NCBI RefSeq assembly: GCF_947568905.1
Contig: NC_079165.1
Span: forward strand, 7,502,001 to 7,566,000
Origin: Ostrea edulis
Taxonomy: Eukaryota
Length of the DNA stretch: 64,000 nt
Reading direction: 5' to 3'
Under the pieces are notes generated by a model that was not told the origin of the DNA, ran no database searches, and was given only the letters and a program-made list of their open reading frames with translations. Within the stretch, counting starts at the first letter, position 1. Each line of letters opens with the position of its first letter. Of the stretch, positions 48,101 through 59,241 are shown in pieces. The position numbers and the translations under genes are program-made.

Positions 48101-51100
48101 ATAAATTTTTCTTCACCATTGTACTTGAGGGTAAAATAATGCGATTGTCAAATTTTTAAAAACCAATAGCTCATTTTTTAAATACAATGTAATTCAAAGC
48201 ATCCTGATATAAAAATATATGTATCATTGTACTTAGCAATGCAATGAACATTCATTAATAATTAGCATAATTTTCCAATTATTTAATTACTAACAGGTAC
48301 AGTAATGTTTCGTATCCTCCATGCCAGGATACAATATTCTATGGTACATGTATTTTGAAACTAAAGGAAGAGACAGATATTTTTTTCTAGGAAAATTTGT
48401 ATCTAATTTTAAATTATTTTTCCTATTACCTGTACAATTACAACACCATCGTCCATGCAGCAGATTTTAAATATTTGGCAGCTCACAGAATCACATAAAC
48501 AACTTTCTGAGGCTCTACAGTCCAAAGAACACAACACAACAAAATTCAACATAACTTTCTTGCAAGCCATAATAAGTAATACATATGTATGTGTCAGAAC
48601 CAATCTTTACATTACAGTAAAACTCGCTTATAACAAAGTACTGAGGATGAACAATTTGGATTTGTTAAAATAATAATTTGATATATCCGATAAAAATCGC
48701 TTCCCTGTATGCATGATTCATTATAAGCGTGTTAACTGTAGCCATGTTTTACTGTAGAACTCTCAAGACTTGTGATTTTGTGTACATGCTTTTCTGTGAA
48801 GTGCACATTCAACAAAACCGTTTCCCTGAAGTTAATTAATCCTGTCAGTTTATCAGCTGCTACATTTACAAATTTTCATCCAGTCAAACTCATTCTGTTG
48901 CATGCAAATCAAAATTTTGAAAATTCCTCTGTATCTAGAGGAGGTGCACCTGAGAACACCTTCAGTTATATAGAACCTATTGACATGATTAATATTGTGT
49001 AATGTAAATAGCAAACTGTTATATCGTCCTAAATATTGTCACAATGATAGTCTTTGTGTCAATATTGACTATTTCTTATTCAAACACCATAATCATAAAA
49101 CCAAACTGGGCGATCATTATCATTAGTTGAACTAAGCATTGGGAAATATCGTGACAATGGAGTGATGGAGCATATTATTGAACGATGCTGAGAAACCATC
49201 ACCTTAGTACAAATACTCAATATAAAAATCCAGGGTCCATTTTACTGATGACTAAGACCAGTAAGACATTTTGTAAAATGGATCTCTGATCTTTTAAATA
49301 TGGTTTCTCATTTGGAATTGGTGCATAAATAAGCATAAGCTTTAGTTTAATGCATCTGCGTGCGCTACCCTAACTTAGCCAAAAATACTCTGACATCTAC
49401 CGTAACAAACTTACTAAGAATATCAGATATATACAATTTTCATATAGGAAAATACACCATAATATACATATACAGCTCGTATATACTTATACTTTGATAA
49501 ACTGTTGTCAAGATGATGTCAAATTCTAACGAAACTAAAAACAAAATGTGTGATGATTAATATTTACATGTTATATTCAGTTGCTATATCTTCAATAATT
49601 ACATGAAATCTACTCAGCTATGAACACAATTCATGTCTCTTCTTCAGCACTCTCCTATACAGCAATTTCTATCAGACTAAGTGCATGACATTTTAATAAT
49701 ACAGGAAAAACAGCATGATGGTTTTATATGATCTCAGTATTATCGAAGAAGCATCTTAGGACAATTTGCAGCTGCTAAATTGCAGGGTTTAGTGAGGAAG
49801 GGAAGATGATATAAACTGCAGAAAAGAAGTGCTAAAATGCTATAAAACACTTTCAATTTAAAATCATAATTCATATTTACAAAGAATAGCAAATTTTTAC
49901 CACAAAATTAAACAAATTTACGCTTCATCAGAAAGTAATGGTACACAACGACAGGTGCACTATATAAACAACTCAATATTGACAGTCTACTTCATCATTC
50001 ATTTCACAGTAACATTAACATGCTCATTTTTTTGTGCAACACAAAGCGACTTACCTGCACAGTTGCGTATAAACAGACAGAGACCAGGAATGGGATCCAT
50101 CCGGTACCGAAGTAATACAATGTGAAGTAAGCCATCACTTCCATCGCCAGGATGTGAGCCAGGTGTACGAAGAAGAACAGGTAGCTGGGTTTGAACAAGT
50201 CCTAAAACAACAAAACAACAATGTACTTCTTCATGTTTACAATGGAAATTCAATTCCTGCTGGAATTTTATACCATGCAAATACTATCATATATACAGTT
50301 GAACTTCAGTATTTTGGTCAAATATCTTGAATACCATAATCATATATGTCAAAGTGATTCAAAAGTCCCAACCACTTATTCTTTAAGTATCTTACTCTCG
50401 ATATTTCAAATCCTCGAATATCTTGAAAGTTTTTCTCTCAGTCCCATCAAGTTCAAGATAACGAGGTTTGACTGTATATAAATACTGCAGAGAGAATTAT
50501 AATAAGGACACGAAAGCATGAACACATAACCCCTTGTACTTATTTCGTTACATTGTCTAACTGCAGAATTCAGTAACCAGTACAAGTTACTACTTACAGT
50601 TTTGTAGGGGCGAGATCAAAAGATCGATGTTGGTTAAAAATCTAAATTGAAATAGGGGGAGGGGGGTGTAAAAACTCCCATAAGTTTCTGTCATTCGACA
50701 TTGATTACACTTTGGTGGAAAAAGAAAAAAGACAAGTGACAGTTAAAAATCACAATATAATATTACATTTAGATGAACATTTAATAGTTTAATGTGCACT
50801 TTCATTTGTGAATAAACAGTAGAAAAGGTATACAGAGTGTTATTTATACTTGTATAATTTTACTTGTGAATCAATTAGTTTCAACATTCATCATACTTAG
50901 TTTTAAGGGGGTTGGTGTGTCTTGGTGAAAACTGTGTGAATTTAGTTTTTTTTATCAGACACTGAACTTTTGATCTCGCCCCTTAAAGAACTGCATGAGA
51001 TTTTGCTAGATCTTGTGAGAATATACCTCACGATGGAGTCCCTGCATTCTGAAAATCCTAAAACATTGGTACAACCTAGTGTTCATACAAAGTCGTACAG

Positions 51101-54100
51101 GAACAGACACTTCAATGTTAGTGCAACAATACTCTGAAACAGTATCTCTATGCGTAGGAGACATGACTTTTTTTTTGTACCAACACAATTTTTAAGCTTT
51201 AATCTTTTATCAATTCTTATTATCATTTATCTTAAATATCTTGTATCTGCTACTTTGTAATTCATGTAGCAATAATTTGATGGATAAAACCAATGTACAA
51301 ATATTCAGTCTAATTTCAAATCAGCTTTTAAAAAAAAGGAGGAGGGGAGGGGGAGACAACGGAACTGATTTTCATCAGACTGTATAAATATCCATTGTAC
51401 TTCTATAAAACCATCACCGTGTCACTGAGAACACACATAGCCTGTGATCACTGCCAAACTTTACTGGTAGTGAAACAATACTAATCTTCCTAAATGAAGT
51501 ATAATTATCTGCTCACCATTTTCTCAGCAGTTTGTCGGAGGTCCCTGAAGTCTTTCTCCAGAGAGTAATTGACGTTAACTTCCCCCTTCTGAACACTCCC
51601 AATATGAATGGGGAGGAGGTACTTCTGGACCTGGTCAAGGTTATTGTGAAAGGCTCGGAAAGCATCCTGTAAAAATTCCAAGTCAACATTTGTAAGTTTG
51701 TGCGACTCTGTGGGGAATCATCATAATAAACAATGATTTTTGTATCTAAATTCTGTTTTTGTGAAATCATAATAATAAACAATGATTCTGTATCTAAATT
51801 CCGTCTTTGTGAAATCATCATAACAAACAATGATTTTGTTTCTAAATTCCGTCTTTGTGAAATCATCATAATGAACAGTGATTTTGTATTTATATTGTAA
51901 TTGTGGGGAATCATCGTTATGAACAATGATTTTCCGTCTATATTTAGTTTAGTGTAATCAATGAAAGGCTTTGATAGATAATATTACAGGCCATTTGTTA
52001 GTATGACATCTCACAATATGTTTAACATGATGCGTGTCGTTTCAAAGATTTTCACTCAACATAATTTTAGTTATTTTTGTGCTTTTGCCATATCATATTC
52101 ATTAATTTTTTCCTTAGGAAGAAAATATAAGAGTAAAACTTTTCATGAAGATCCTCAAAACTATGACAAATCTATGATATGTCATGCTCACAAGAGTAAG
52201 TCAGACCTTTGTTTAGTAAATTTAGTTTCAGTGATGCAAGTACGACATAATCATCTGCCTGTTTTGTTGAGAGAAATTTCACAAGATTAAATGTACATGT
52301 ATACTCATACGATCTGTCTTTAGTCAAGATGATGCTGTTTAAAGGGGCATGGACACGGTTTTTGATCAATTGAAATTGATGATTTTTTGTTATAGAAATA
52401 ATTAAAAGATCTTTGTTTTAGGAAAAAGTGGATTAAAAATATTTGTACACAGGATAGACTTTGTATTTACATAAATCCGGCCCCTAAAATCGTGTTTGTC
52501 AACACGCTTGTCATAGCCAGGAAACCACATCAGCAGAGGTGAGAACGCTAAGATTTCTAAAATGTACGTCAAAAGCACTCAACGTTTCAACATACTTTAA
52601 TGATAGATCAATTCAGTGAGCAAACACAAATATCATACAATTTTCACTGTAAAAGCTTTCTTCCACCGAAGCCGTCAACTTAGAGTGGAGTCACATGACA
52701 CATAAACATAATCAGGGCTCATGCCTTGTTTTGAAAATTAGATGTCTCAAATTAAATACATCTTTGTGTCAGTTTTTGAAATTTAGATTTGTTGCTATGT
52801 TAACACGAATCAAATAATATCCTATTACTGATTACACATCTAAATAATTTCGTCCAGGCCCCTTTAAAGCTTAATTTGAGGTAGCTGCAGAACTGTACAT
52901 GTAGCTCTCTGAAGAAATATTACAACTTAGACTAGAGATCTGTCCCAATATTTTTTCAGAGAGCTGCAGTTCTGCAGCTCCGTTTGAGGTATATCTTCTT
53001 AATGGTAGGATGGTTAAGGACCAGGGGGCTCTGTGAGAACAGTCCAGGGTTTGACATTTAGTTTTTGGAGCACTAGACCAGTCGGGCAACTTCAAATGAT
53101 TTTTGCTAGACCTGACCTTACATCCACTAGCCCCGACCAACTTTCCAGAAACTGATAGTTTCTCCATATTAAATGTACTTAATTTAAAAGACAAACATTA
53201 AGTTTGCATGAACTAAAACGTACTTAATTGTCTAAAAAAAAAAAGAGCTTTAGTCTCTTCATTCAATTTAATGCTTTCATTTTCAAACACATTTTCTGTT
53301 TCTTTAAATTTAACCCGGCATGGAAATTCTCTAGTCCATTTAGAATAAAATGACCTCAACCGTTTTTTCTAATCTCTATTTCATAAGCCCTGCTTTGTTT
53401 CTTCCCAACCTTTTACTTTTTTTTCTCTTGGGACATCATTCCTTGAGGACGAGAAGTCGTATTTGAATATAGAGACATTCCCACACATATGTCAACACCG
53501 AAAAATGGCTGTTTACGACGTAATTTATTAATTTGATAAACACTTTCTTAAATTTGATTCAAATAAACTGTTTTATTTTTTTTAGAATGAAAATAAATTC
53601 ATCTAAAACATAACTTTACACACATTAACATCGAGTAGATGTCGTAAAAGAACACGACCAGTCGGACTAGTAAATCGACATTTTACCCGACCGGACCCAT
53701 CATTTAGTAGACTCGGTCGGTCGGACGTGCCTTAGTGTCAAACCCTGCAGTCCTTTGTTTACTTAATCATGTTTATATGGAAAATAATTGAATGCATAAC
53801 ACACAATAAGGACTTGTGACAAATCCAAAGAAACCTTCAATTCAATCTGCGACCCACTGTGTTCAAAAGAATACATGTGCAGGCAAGAAATTTAGAGTAG
53901 TACTTTAGATGTTAATAATGCCTAAAATTTTAAAGTCTATCCTAATTTTTTTAATTGTATAAGAGACCTTATGACCTTGAAATACCTACATGCACTTATG
54001 ATTGTTGTGTAACTTGGGGTCACAAAGTTCATGCATGCTTGTCCGGTGATTGAATTTAAACATGCCATTTAAGAATGGAGATTACTTTTAAAGAAATAAC

Positions 54101-55109
54101 TCTAACTTTTAAACTCTGGAGATTTAAAAAGGTTGATAGACTGAGTGTTCTTATCTCTGTAAAATGGTAAAATTGAATAATCATAACTTATTTGCATGAA
54201 CATGAATTCTACTGCATGCAAGCAGCCACGTTGAATTAACCTTCTGGGAATGAGAAACAGGTCATTACCTCTTGATCACAGTGGTTTCTGTTGACTTTCA
54301 CTGTCAATATATTTATTTCAATTTAAAGACAAATTTAGAATTTTTACAATTGCATACAGGCATCACTTAGCTTGAAAGACAACATGCATCACAAACACAC
54401 TGAGATGGACCTAGCGAGTTGACTAAAATATTTAAAATTCATATGAATATTAAAGATTTTTTTTTTTTTTTAATTTACTTTCATTCCTTGAATCATAATT
54501 AGATCATACCGATATTTTAAAAGTCCCATTTTTTGTGTATCTGTATGCATGCATATCCAGCAATAGATTTTGACATACTTTTGTCACTAAGAACTTTCCT
54601 TTTAAATTTTTGTAAAGTGGAATTTGTGTCGGATAGCCTTTAAGCAGGTAAACCTCGCCAGTTCAGGGTACAATTTCTCGACTGTCAGACTTTGCTGTGT
54701 ACGTGAGATATTGCACAATTACCATGGAAATGTAATGTTGCGATCAATATGGGGTCACATAATCATGCTAAACACATGCCACCTTTCTTGTGTAATGCTC
54801 GATAATCTATACCTATAAATGGATGTAGAGCTGCTAAACACTTGGCTCCGTCTAAATTTCCCTGATACTTCCTGGCTATAAGTACCCCTAATACTCCATC
54901 AATGTTACTTAATATTACAGAAATGAACTCACAGTAGCATCTTGTCCTGCATAATGTCCGATGACCTTGGAGCCGCCAGGATGACGTCTCGCCCAGTTTG
55001 TGATGTTGTATACTTCGTGATTGATTATGATCCATCGGTCATCTTGTTTGTCGTGTTTGGACACTTCCTCAAACGAGTACGTGGACATCTGTTTCCCTCC
55101 TTTCCCCAT
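27080..55109 (-). CDS. FADS2: Front-end fatty acyl desaturase (FADS1/FADS2-like, delta5/delta6 type), 12 exons, 433 aa
   Basis: Exons 54933-55109, 51517-51666, 50055-50201, 46289-46390, 40910-40969, 34622-34687, 33906-33966, 33184-33260, 32704-32801, 31293-31469, 30286-30411, 27080-27140; all GT-AG; sum 1302 nt. Cytochrome b5 HPGG plus His boxes HDFGH, HYQHH, QIEHH. Symbol means FADS2-like; regiospecificity cannot be assigned from sequence. Confidence 0.95.
27580..29790. repeat. 20-bp minisatellite (ATAAAGGGCTATGTTTATAG / CTAAAGGGCTATGTTTATTG), interrupted by a HINE-like insert
   Basis: Direct reading of tandem 20-mers in desaturase intron 11. Confidence 0.95.
27885..28541 (+). mobile_element. 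Non-autonomous Helentron-type (HINE-like) element
   Basis: Starts ACAAGAGGCCCAGGGGCC-TTATAGGTCACCTGAG; GACGA microsatellite-like tract; perfect 14-bp terminal hairpin TAGGTCACCTGAAT-G-ATTCAGGTGACCTA; no TSD. Confidence 0.8.
30286..30411 (-). CDS. FADS2: Desaturase exon 11 ([11 protein letters not shown]...IDIVK)
   Basis: Acceptor attttag, donor gtaagt; 126 nt. Confidence 0.92.
31028..31236. mobile_element. MITE with TA TSD (Tc1/mariner type)
   Basis: TA|CTGTAAAAGTGGTTATTT versus reverse complement TA|CTGTAGAGGTGGTTATTT. Confidence 0.75.
31293..31469 (-). CDS. FADS2: Desaturase exon 10 (VLESHWF...[15 protein letters not shown]), His box 3
   Basis: Inside ORF 31289-31546; acceptor ctacag, donor gtaaga; 177 nt. 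Confidence 0.92.
31835..32615 (+). mobile_element. tRNA-derived SINE split by a fold-back element
   Basis: Head with GGTTAGTG / GGGTTCGAT boxes at about 31845-31895; body resumes at 32407; tail GGTGACGTCT...GAGTGAAAAATTCTC...GGGAC shared with the copy at about 33385-33580. Confidence 0.6.
31956..32406. mobile_element. Fold-back MITE with long inverted arms and an internal 21-bp tandem expansion
   Basis: CAC(T/C)GTGGCCAAACGTCATTTGGA... arms of about 75 bp; left arm carries about 4 copies of GATACAACCATTCCTACACAG; no TSD. Confidence 0.7.
32704..32801 (-). CDS. FADS2: Desaturase exon 9 ([13 protein letters not shown]...YEIMR)
   Basis: Acceptor ttccag, donor gtaagg; 98 nt. Confidence 0.9.
33184..33260 (-). 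CDS. FADS2: Desaturase exon 8 ([12 protein letters not shown]...RRLWK)
   Basis: Acceptor ttttacag, donor gtatat; 77 nt. Confidence 0.9.
33385..33580 (+). mobile_element. SINE 3' fragment
   Basis: Aligns by eye with 32430-32615 (GGTCC..., TAAGCACC, AAGTTGGTGA, GAGTGAAAAATT, TGGGA). Confidence 0.55.
33906..33966 (-). CDS. FADS2: Desaturase exon 7 ([20 protein letters not shown])
   Basis: Acceptor ttgtaag, donor gtgagt; 61 nt. Confidence 0.9.
34085..34560 (-). mobile_element. Decayed retroelement 3' remnant (probably Penelope-like)
   Basis: Minus-strand remnants [16 protein letters not shown] and LLTNKLM..QGFQ*SRLKSAF with stops and frameshifts; family assignment from recall only. Confidence 0.5.
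34622..34687 (-). CDS. FADS2: Desaturase exon 6 (MGKDPDV...MPVE)
   Basis: Acceptor ttatag, donor gtatgt; 66 nt. Confidence 0.9.
34840..40900. repeat. 6-kb satellite of three related 21-22-bp monomers, one containing TTAGGGTTA
   Basis: A = ACACATCAGGATTATAGATAGG, B = ACACATTAGGGTTACAACTAG, C = ACACATTAAGTTTATAACTAG, interspersed; fills desaturase intron 5. Confidence 0.97.
40910..40969 (-). CDS. FADS2: Desaturase exon 5 ([20 protein letters not shown]), His box 2
   Basis: Acceptor ttgaag, donor gtaagt; 60 nt. Confidence 0.92.
41783..42186. repeat. 26-bp minisatellite, about 15 copies
   Basis: CAAACCCTG(A/G)TGTACCACTGCAAT(A/G)A unit; accounts for ORFs 41615-42224. Confidence 0.92.
42607..42742. 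repeat. 34-bp tandem repeat, about 4 copies
   Basis: ACATTCC(G/A)GCAGGACAAC(CCT/ACA)ACAGGAAGTGAAC. Confidence 0.9.
42872..43525. repeat. 43-bp minisatellite, about 15 copies
   Basis: ACTGACAGCATCATCCGGAGGAATGGAACAATACTCTACATAA. Confidence 0.95.
44730..45395. repeat. 50/51-bp TG-rich minisatellite, about 13 copies
   Basis: AGACATGTGCGAGTGTGTACATGGCCTGTGTGTGTGTTTGTGTATATATT. Confidence 0.95.
46289..46390 (-). CDS. FADS2: Desaturase exon 4 ([12 protein letters not shown]...GFTK), His box 1
   Basis: Acceptor tttaaag, donor gtaact; 102 nt. Confidence 0.92.
47560..47895. repeat. 37-bp minisatellite, about 9 copies
   Basis: ATCCGTCGTGATCTGATGGTTCAGGT(G/A)AGCTAACAA(A/C). Confidence 0.93.
48615..48754. 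mobile_element. 140-bp Tigger/pogo-type MITE
   Basis: TA|CAGTAAAAC ... GTTTTACTG|TA. Confidence 0.7.
50055..50201 (-). CDS. FADS2: Desaturase exon 3 (DLFKPS...LYATVQ)
   Basis: Acceptor ttttag, donor gtaagt; 147 nt. Confidence 0.9.
50296..50474. mobile_element. 179-bp Tigger/pogo-type MITE
   Basis: TA|CAGTTGAACTTC versus reverse complement TA|CAGTCAAACCTC. Confidence 0.65.
50606..50983. mobile_element. 378-bp MITE with perfect 17-bp TIR
   Basis: AGGGGCGAGATCAAAAG / CTTTTGATCTCGCCCCT; TSD not clean. Confidence 0.75.
51517..51666 (-). CDS. FADS2: Desaturase exon 2 (DAFRAFH...RQTAEKM)
   Basis: Acceptor ttttacag, donor gtgagc; 150 nt. Confidence 0.9.
51712..51935. repeat. 48-bp tandem repeat, about 4.5 copies, just upstream of the exon 2 acceptor
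   Basis: TCTAAATT recurs at 51745, 51793 and 51841; its length (multiple of 3) explains the N-terminal part of ORF 51513-51926. Confidence 0.85.
52343..52863. mobile_element. 521-bp MITE with TTAA TSD (Kolobok-type termini)
   Basis: TTAA|AGGGGCATGGAC ... GTCCAGGCCCCT|TTAA; purine 5' ends fit Kolobok rather than piggyBac. Confidence 0.75.
53045..53747. mobile_element. 703-bp non-autonomous hAT5-like element with 5-bp TSD
   Basis: Perfect 12-bp TIR CAGGGTTTGACA; CAGTC on both flanks (53040-53044, 53748-53752); subterminal CCGAC/ACTAG motifs. Confidence 0.82.
54933..55109 (-). CDS. FADS2: Desaturase exon 1 (MGKGG...HPGG...GQDAT)
   Basis: ORF 54915-55109; donor gtgagt; 177 nt. Confidence 0.92.
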
Positions 55110-57662
55110 CGCAGCGCTGTTCTCCTAATTTACAATGCTACCAGCAAACAGCTTCAATCAAAACACGAATACAGATTAATATTTTGTTATATGTCATCAG
55201 ACATAAGACAATCCTTCTTTTTAGTCATTTGTTTCTCATTTAACTTGAAATTTTTCAGTTTTATTGAGAGAGAGAAAAAGAGAACCCATGAAACAGACAA
55301 TTTAAACAGAAAATTCTCGATGCATGGGCCGATACATTCTGGTTTGCCCATTCATTCATTTTTCAACCAAAAAAAAGTTTTGAAATGCATCATGACTCCA
55401 ACATTTTTTTAATACATCATCTGTAAAAAAAAAAATTATGCCTGTACAGTGCAGTCCTAAGAGAAAAATAAATACTAGGATGATTAGCAAAGTCATATAA
55501 CAGCTGATTTTCTTTTGAAACACAAGTTCTCTTCTCTTTAGAGGAGTGGACAGCATGGCTTACTATGCCTGCCCACATCTCTAAAGAGAATACACAAATG
55601 CATGAGTAAGTATCATTCATATATCCCCTGTGCTTTCAAATTATTTTGCTACCTAATCTTCTAATCTGGCAAGTTCAGTGAGTTAATGTGTAAGGCTGCA
55701 CATCTGTTCCTCGTGAATTTGAACCCCCACCGGCCGGGACCCCCACCCACCCCATTTAAACTACACTAAATAAGTTTTCACTTGTACTTATCTTCCATTT
55801 TTTCTTTAGTGTATCATTCCCCCTTAAGGTGATAGTCTACAAGAATGTTTTATACATGTATCAGCTACATACAAACTTCTATCATTAGTTAAGACAGATT
55901 TCTGTATTTTCACTCATGTTTGCATGCTTATTTACAATGTACCTGTCTGTCTGAAAAATGCCTTAAGAAATCAATGACATAATATTAAAGGGATGGGAAT
56001 CCTGATTTAATTCCTATTTTGGCAGAGGTATCCCATCAACCAGTCAAAAACAACCTGGAAACACACTAAACAGTCTTTAGCACACACGTGCTGCATTTCA
56101 AATCAAGCAATATCAAGGACATGTATTTTCTTATCTCAAGATCTGAGTTGTGTTCATCATAGATACATCTATAAACAATCACTGCATATTAACCTCTCTA
56201 GAGGGTGCAGACACATGATCGTGTAACAGCGATTGATAAGATGCAAGTTTAATATCGAGTTGTATCCTACTCTTTCTGTTGTAATACTACTGATAGCATC
56301 ACAATACAAGTTCCCAGAACGAAATACCAAGCGAGACATCCAGGATGACTGTGTACACAACAGCAATAATTATGTAGGAAGTTCTTAGCCTGAGAAATGT
56401 TTAATACTGAATTAACAATAGAATATGTTATGATATATAAATAGATCATTACCAAATATAGGTGTGATATGATCATCAGATTTGTATTTGAGAACATACC
56501 AATACATATCTATTATCTAAATAATATTTAATTAAGTTAGAAAATATAATTAACAAGTAAATTCAGTGAATCTAATTTAGGTCTCCATCCTGAAGTCATA
56601 TATGAGTTTTGATAAAGGAGGAACATTTTATGAAGTCTCTGCAAAGTTTCAATGCTAAATTACATTTATTAAAGATATGATCTGGAGACTTTTTTTTTTT
56701 TACCTTAAATGAGCTGGTGACCTTGACATTTTGAACCGAAGAGTAACGGGGATCTTTGTTCCTTGATGAAAAATCTTGGCTAAATAAGAGTTTCTGAGAT
56801 ATCATCCATACAATATTTCTGATGAAATGACCCACTAACCATCATGTGCCTGTCATTTCAATGCTGCTCAAATAGTATCGGAGATATCAAGAAACCATTT
56901 CTTACCATTTGTGATCTTGACCTTACATTTCGTTGCTTATGCCCAAATGGTATTTGAGACATCATCTAAAAAGCAGTTCTTACCTTACACTGAGAACAGT
57001 GACCTTGACCTTCTTACCTAAAATAATAGGGGTCATACATTATACTAAAGTCATGGAGACACCCATATATTTGACCTTCAAGATAAATGCCTTTGATAAC
57101 AATTAGGCCTACAACAAAGCATATCCAGTATTTTCATACTTTTGTTCATAATTTCTAGCATACACCAATGAAGAGGCCCATTGGCCACATTGTTCACCGG
57201 GCCAGTTACATTTTCCATTTTTGTTACATGTCTATTGGAGAAATGTAGATCTCAGTTTTTTGCACCATGGCCAGTTTGTGGTCACCCCCTTTGGCTGTGG
57301 TGCAAACAACACAAATCTACAATACACAAGGATTCTGAAGCCTGCATTAATTGTAACTAAATGACAATTTGTTAACTTATAGTTTTGGAAATTAAAGATC
57401 TTTAAGGAATTTTCCTATACATATTCCAATCTTAAACTTTAAAAAAGCTATTGCACTCCTTAATAAATTCCCTGGACAAGGGAGATAGCGTCATGAACAA
57501 GTCTAAACTCTGTACGCTCTATAATCTAAGTACACTGTACGAGGAAGAGGCAGTCCTGGCAAGGACAAATTTAATCTATACACATGACACTACATGAGGA
57601 ACCCTGCATATATAACTGTGACAATAAAAAATTTTACAGAATATTCCAATGGAAAATATTAA

Positions 57663-57981
57663 GGTAGTACTCTACATTGTCATAATGGCTGACTTCCTTT
57701 AAAACATGAATGAAAAAAAATCGATATCAGCAATATTTGACTTTTCCGTTTCCATTTAAATACCTAGCCGAGTAGCTCAGTAGGTTAGAATACCGACTGT
57801 TGAACTGTAGGTCGCAGGTTCAAGTCCAGCAGAGGTTTTAAATTTTTTTTAGATCAACTTCTACTAAAACTGTATTTTTTGACAAAATAAAGTAAATTTG
57901 AAAATTTTCAACTTCAAAATATTGTTGTACATATCCTTCACTTTTCATCTACATCAAATTTCTCTGGTGTAGCATACCTCC
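57663..57981. mobile_element. 319-bp TTAA-flanked element (Kolobok-type) carrying a tRNA-derived cassette
   Basis: TTAA|GGTAGTACTCTACA versus reverse complement TTAA|GGAGGTATGCTACA (10/14); internal box A TAGCTCAGTAGG (57773) and box B GGTTCAAGTCC (57817) followed by T-runs. Confidence 0.65.
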
Positions 57982-59051
57982 TTAAATCCATATTTTATTC
58001 CTACCCTGACTCTAGAGAGAACACAGTCTGAACAAACTTGGTTCTACACTACACTGCAGGTGCTTGTTAACAGTCACATTTTACTCTTTCACCAGCTAAT
58101 CACAATTACTCGAATTCAATGAAAACAAAATTGAGGACAGTGACTTTTTCTCATTATTTTCATTATGCCTTTAAGTTTAGGCATCAGTAATTCTATGATA
58201 TTCATTAAAACTTCTATTTATCAAACTTCTTAGAAACTTTAATATGACCTAATGTAAGGACAATCACATTCATTTTGCAGGTATTTTGGAAAAATTATAT
58301 TTTACATGAGTTTATGTTAGTTTAACATTTATTTCAGGTAATTTTCAAACATTCAAAACAGATCAAAGTTCATAATCTGAAAATAATTCAAACATATAAA
58401 TAGACAACAATGAATATCATCCTTAATTTCACGAAATAAACAGTCTTAATCAATGACACAAATTTTCAATAATACAAAATAGTTTAGATTGTTTTAAACT
58501 TTCCATTAATATATTTTCTTTTCAATCTGTTCCATTGCAAAAATAGTTATTTACGCAAAAGATCGTCCTTAACAACAAACTAATTAATACGATTACCCAT
58601 CCGAATAGTAATAGGCCTATAAATTAAAGATGTTCCATGTAACTTACAATGTTCATATTTAACTGGGAGAAGCACATAAAGAACTAAACGATTACAAATA
58701 TCACGCTTTTTTGAATTACGAAACCATACCGCAATGTGGCCTGATCGAAATGAAAGGGCGTGTGTACTCGGGATTTAATAATTCCATTTATGCAACTCGG
58801 CTCCGTGACAACCACATACATTGTAAATAACATCCATTTCGGTTACACTTTTCTTTAACTTTTAGTGTTAAACTAATCATGCAAACCTCAAAATGTCCAC
58901 ATTCTTTTAACCGTCTACTCCTTAGGGAATTTTTTTCCGGTCTGAACACTTACCATTCATTTATCACCCGACTCACATGCACCGGTATTATACTTCCAGG
59001 GTTATGCACTCATGCGCACCTGCTGTGGTTCACAATACCGAACCCGATCGA

Positions 59052-59055
<4 letters not shown>

Positions 59056-59105
<50 letters not shown>
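59056..59105. repeat. (TC)n microsatellite
   Basis: About 25 TC units. Confidence 0.95.
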
Positions 59106-59109
<4 letters not shown>

Positions 59110-59205
59110 ACATGGACTTTTAATCAACTTCTTAATCAAAATGTACCAAGTGGATCGTAGAACTCTCTGAAAATTTTGTTAGATACATTCTGTAGGCTAG
59201 GCTAA

Positions 59206-59241
<36 letters not shown>

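Noticed and set aside
2134-55109. Functional phospholipid cluster (choline uptake plus desaturation)
   Set aside because: Adjacency alone is not evidence in an animal genome, HPF1 is unrelated, and the transporter may not carry choline
57767-57838. Possible functional tRNA gene
   Set aside because: A and B boxes are present but the acceptor and anticodon stems do not pair; treated as tRNA-derived
59206-59240. 35-nt G homopolymer as a functional G-quadruplex
   Set aside because: Similar G/C runs occur in several repeats here, and homopolymer length is unreliable in assemblies
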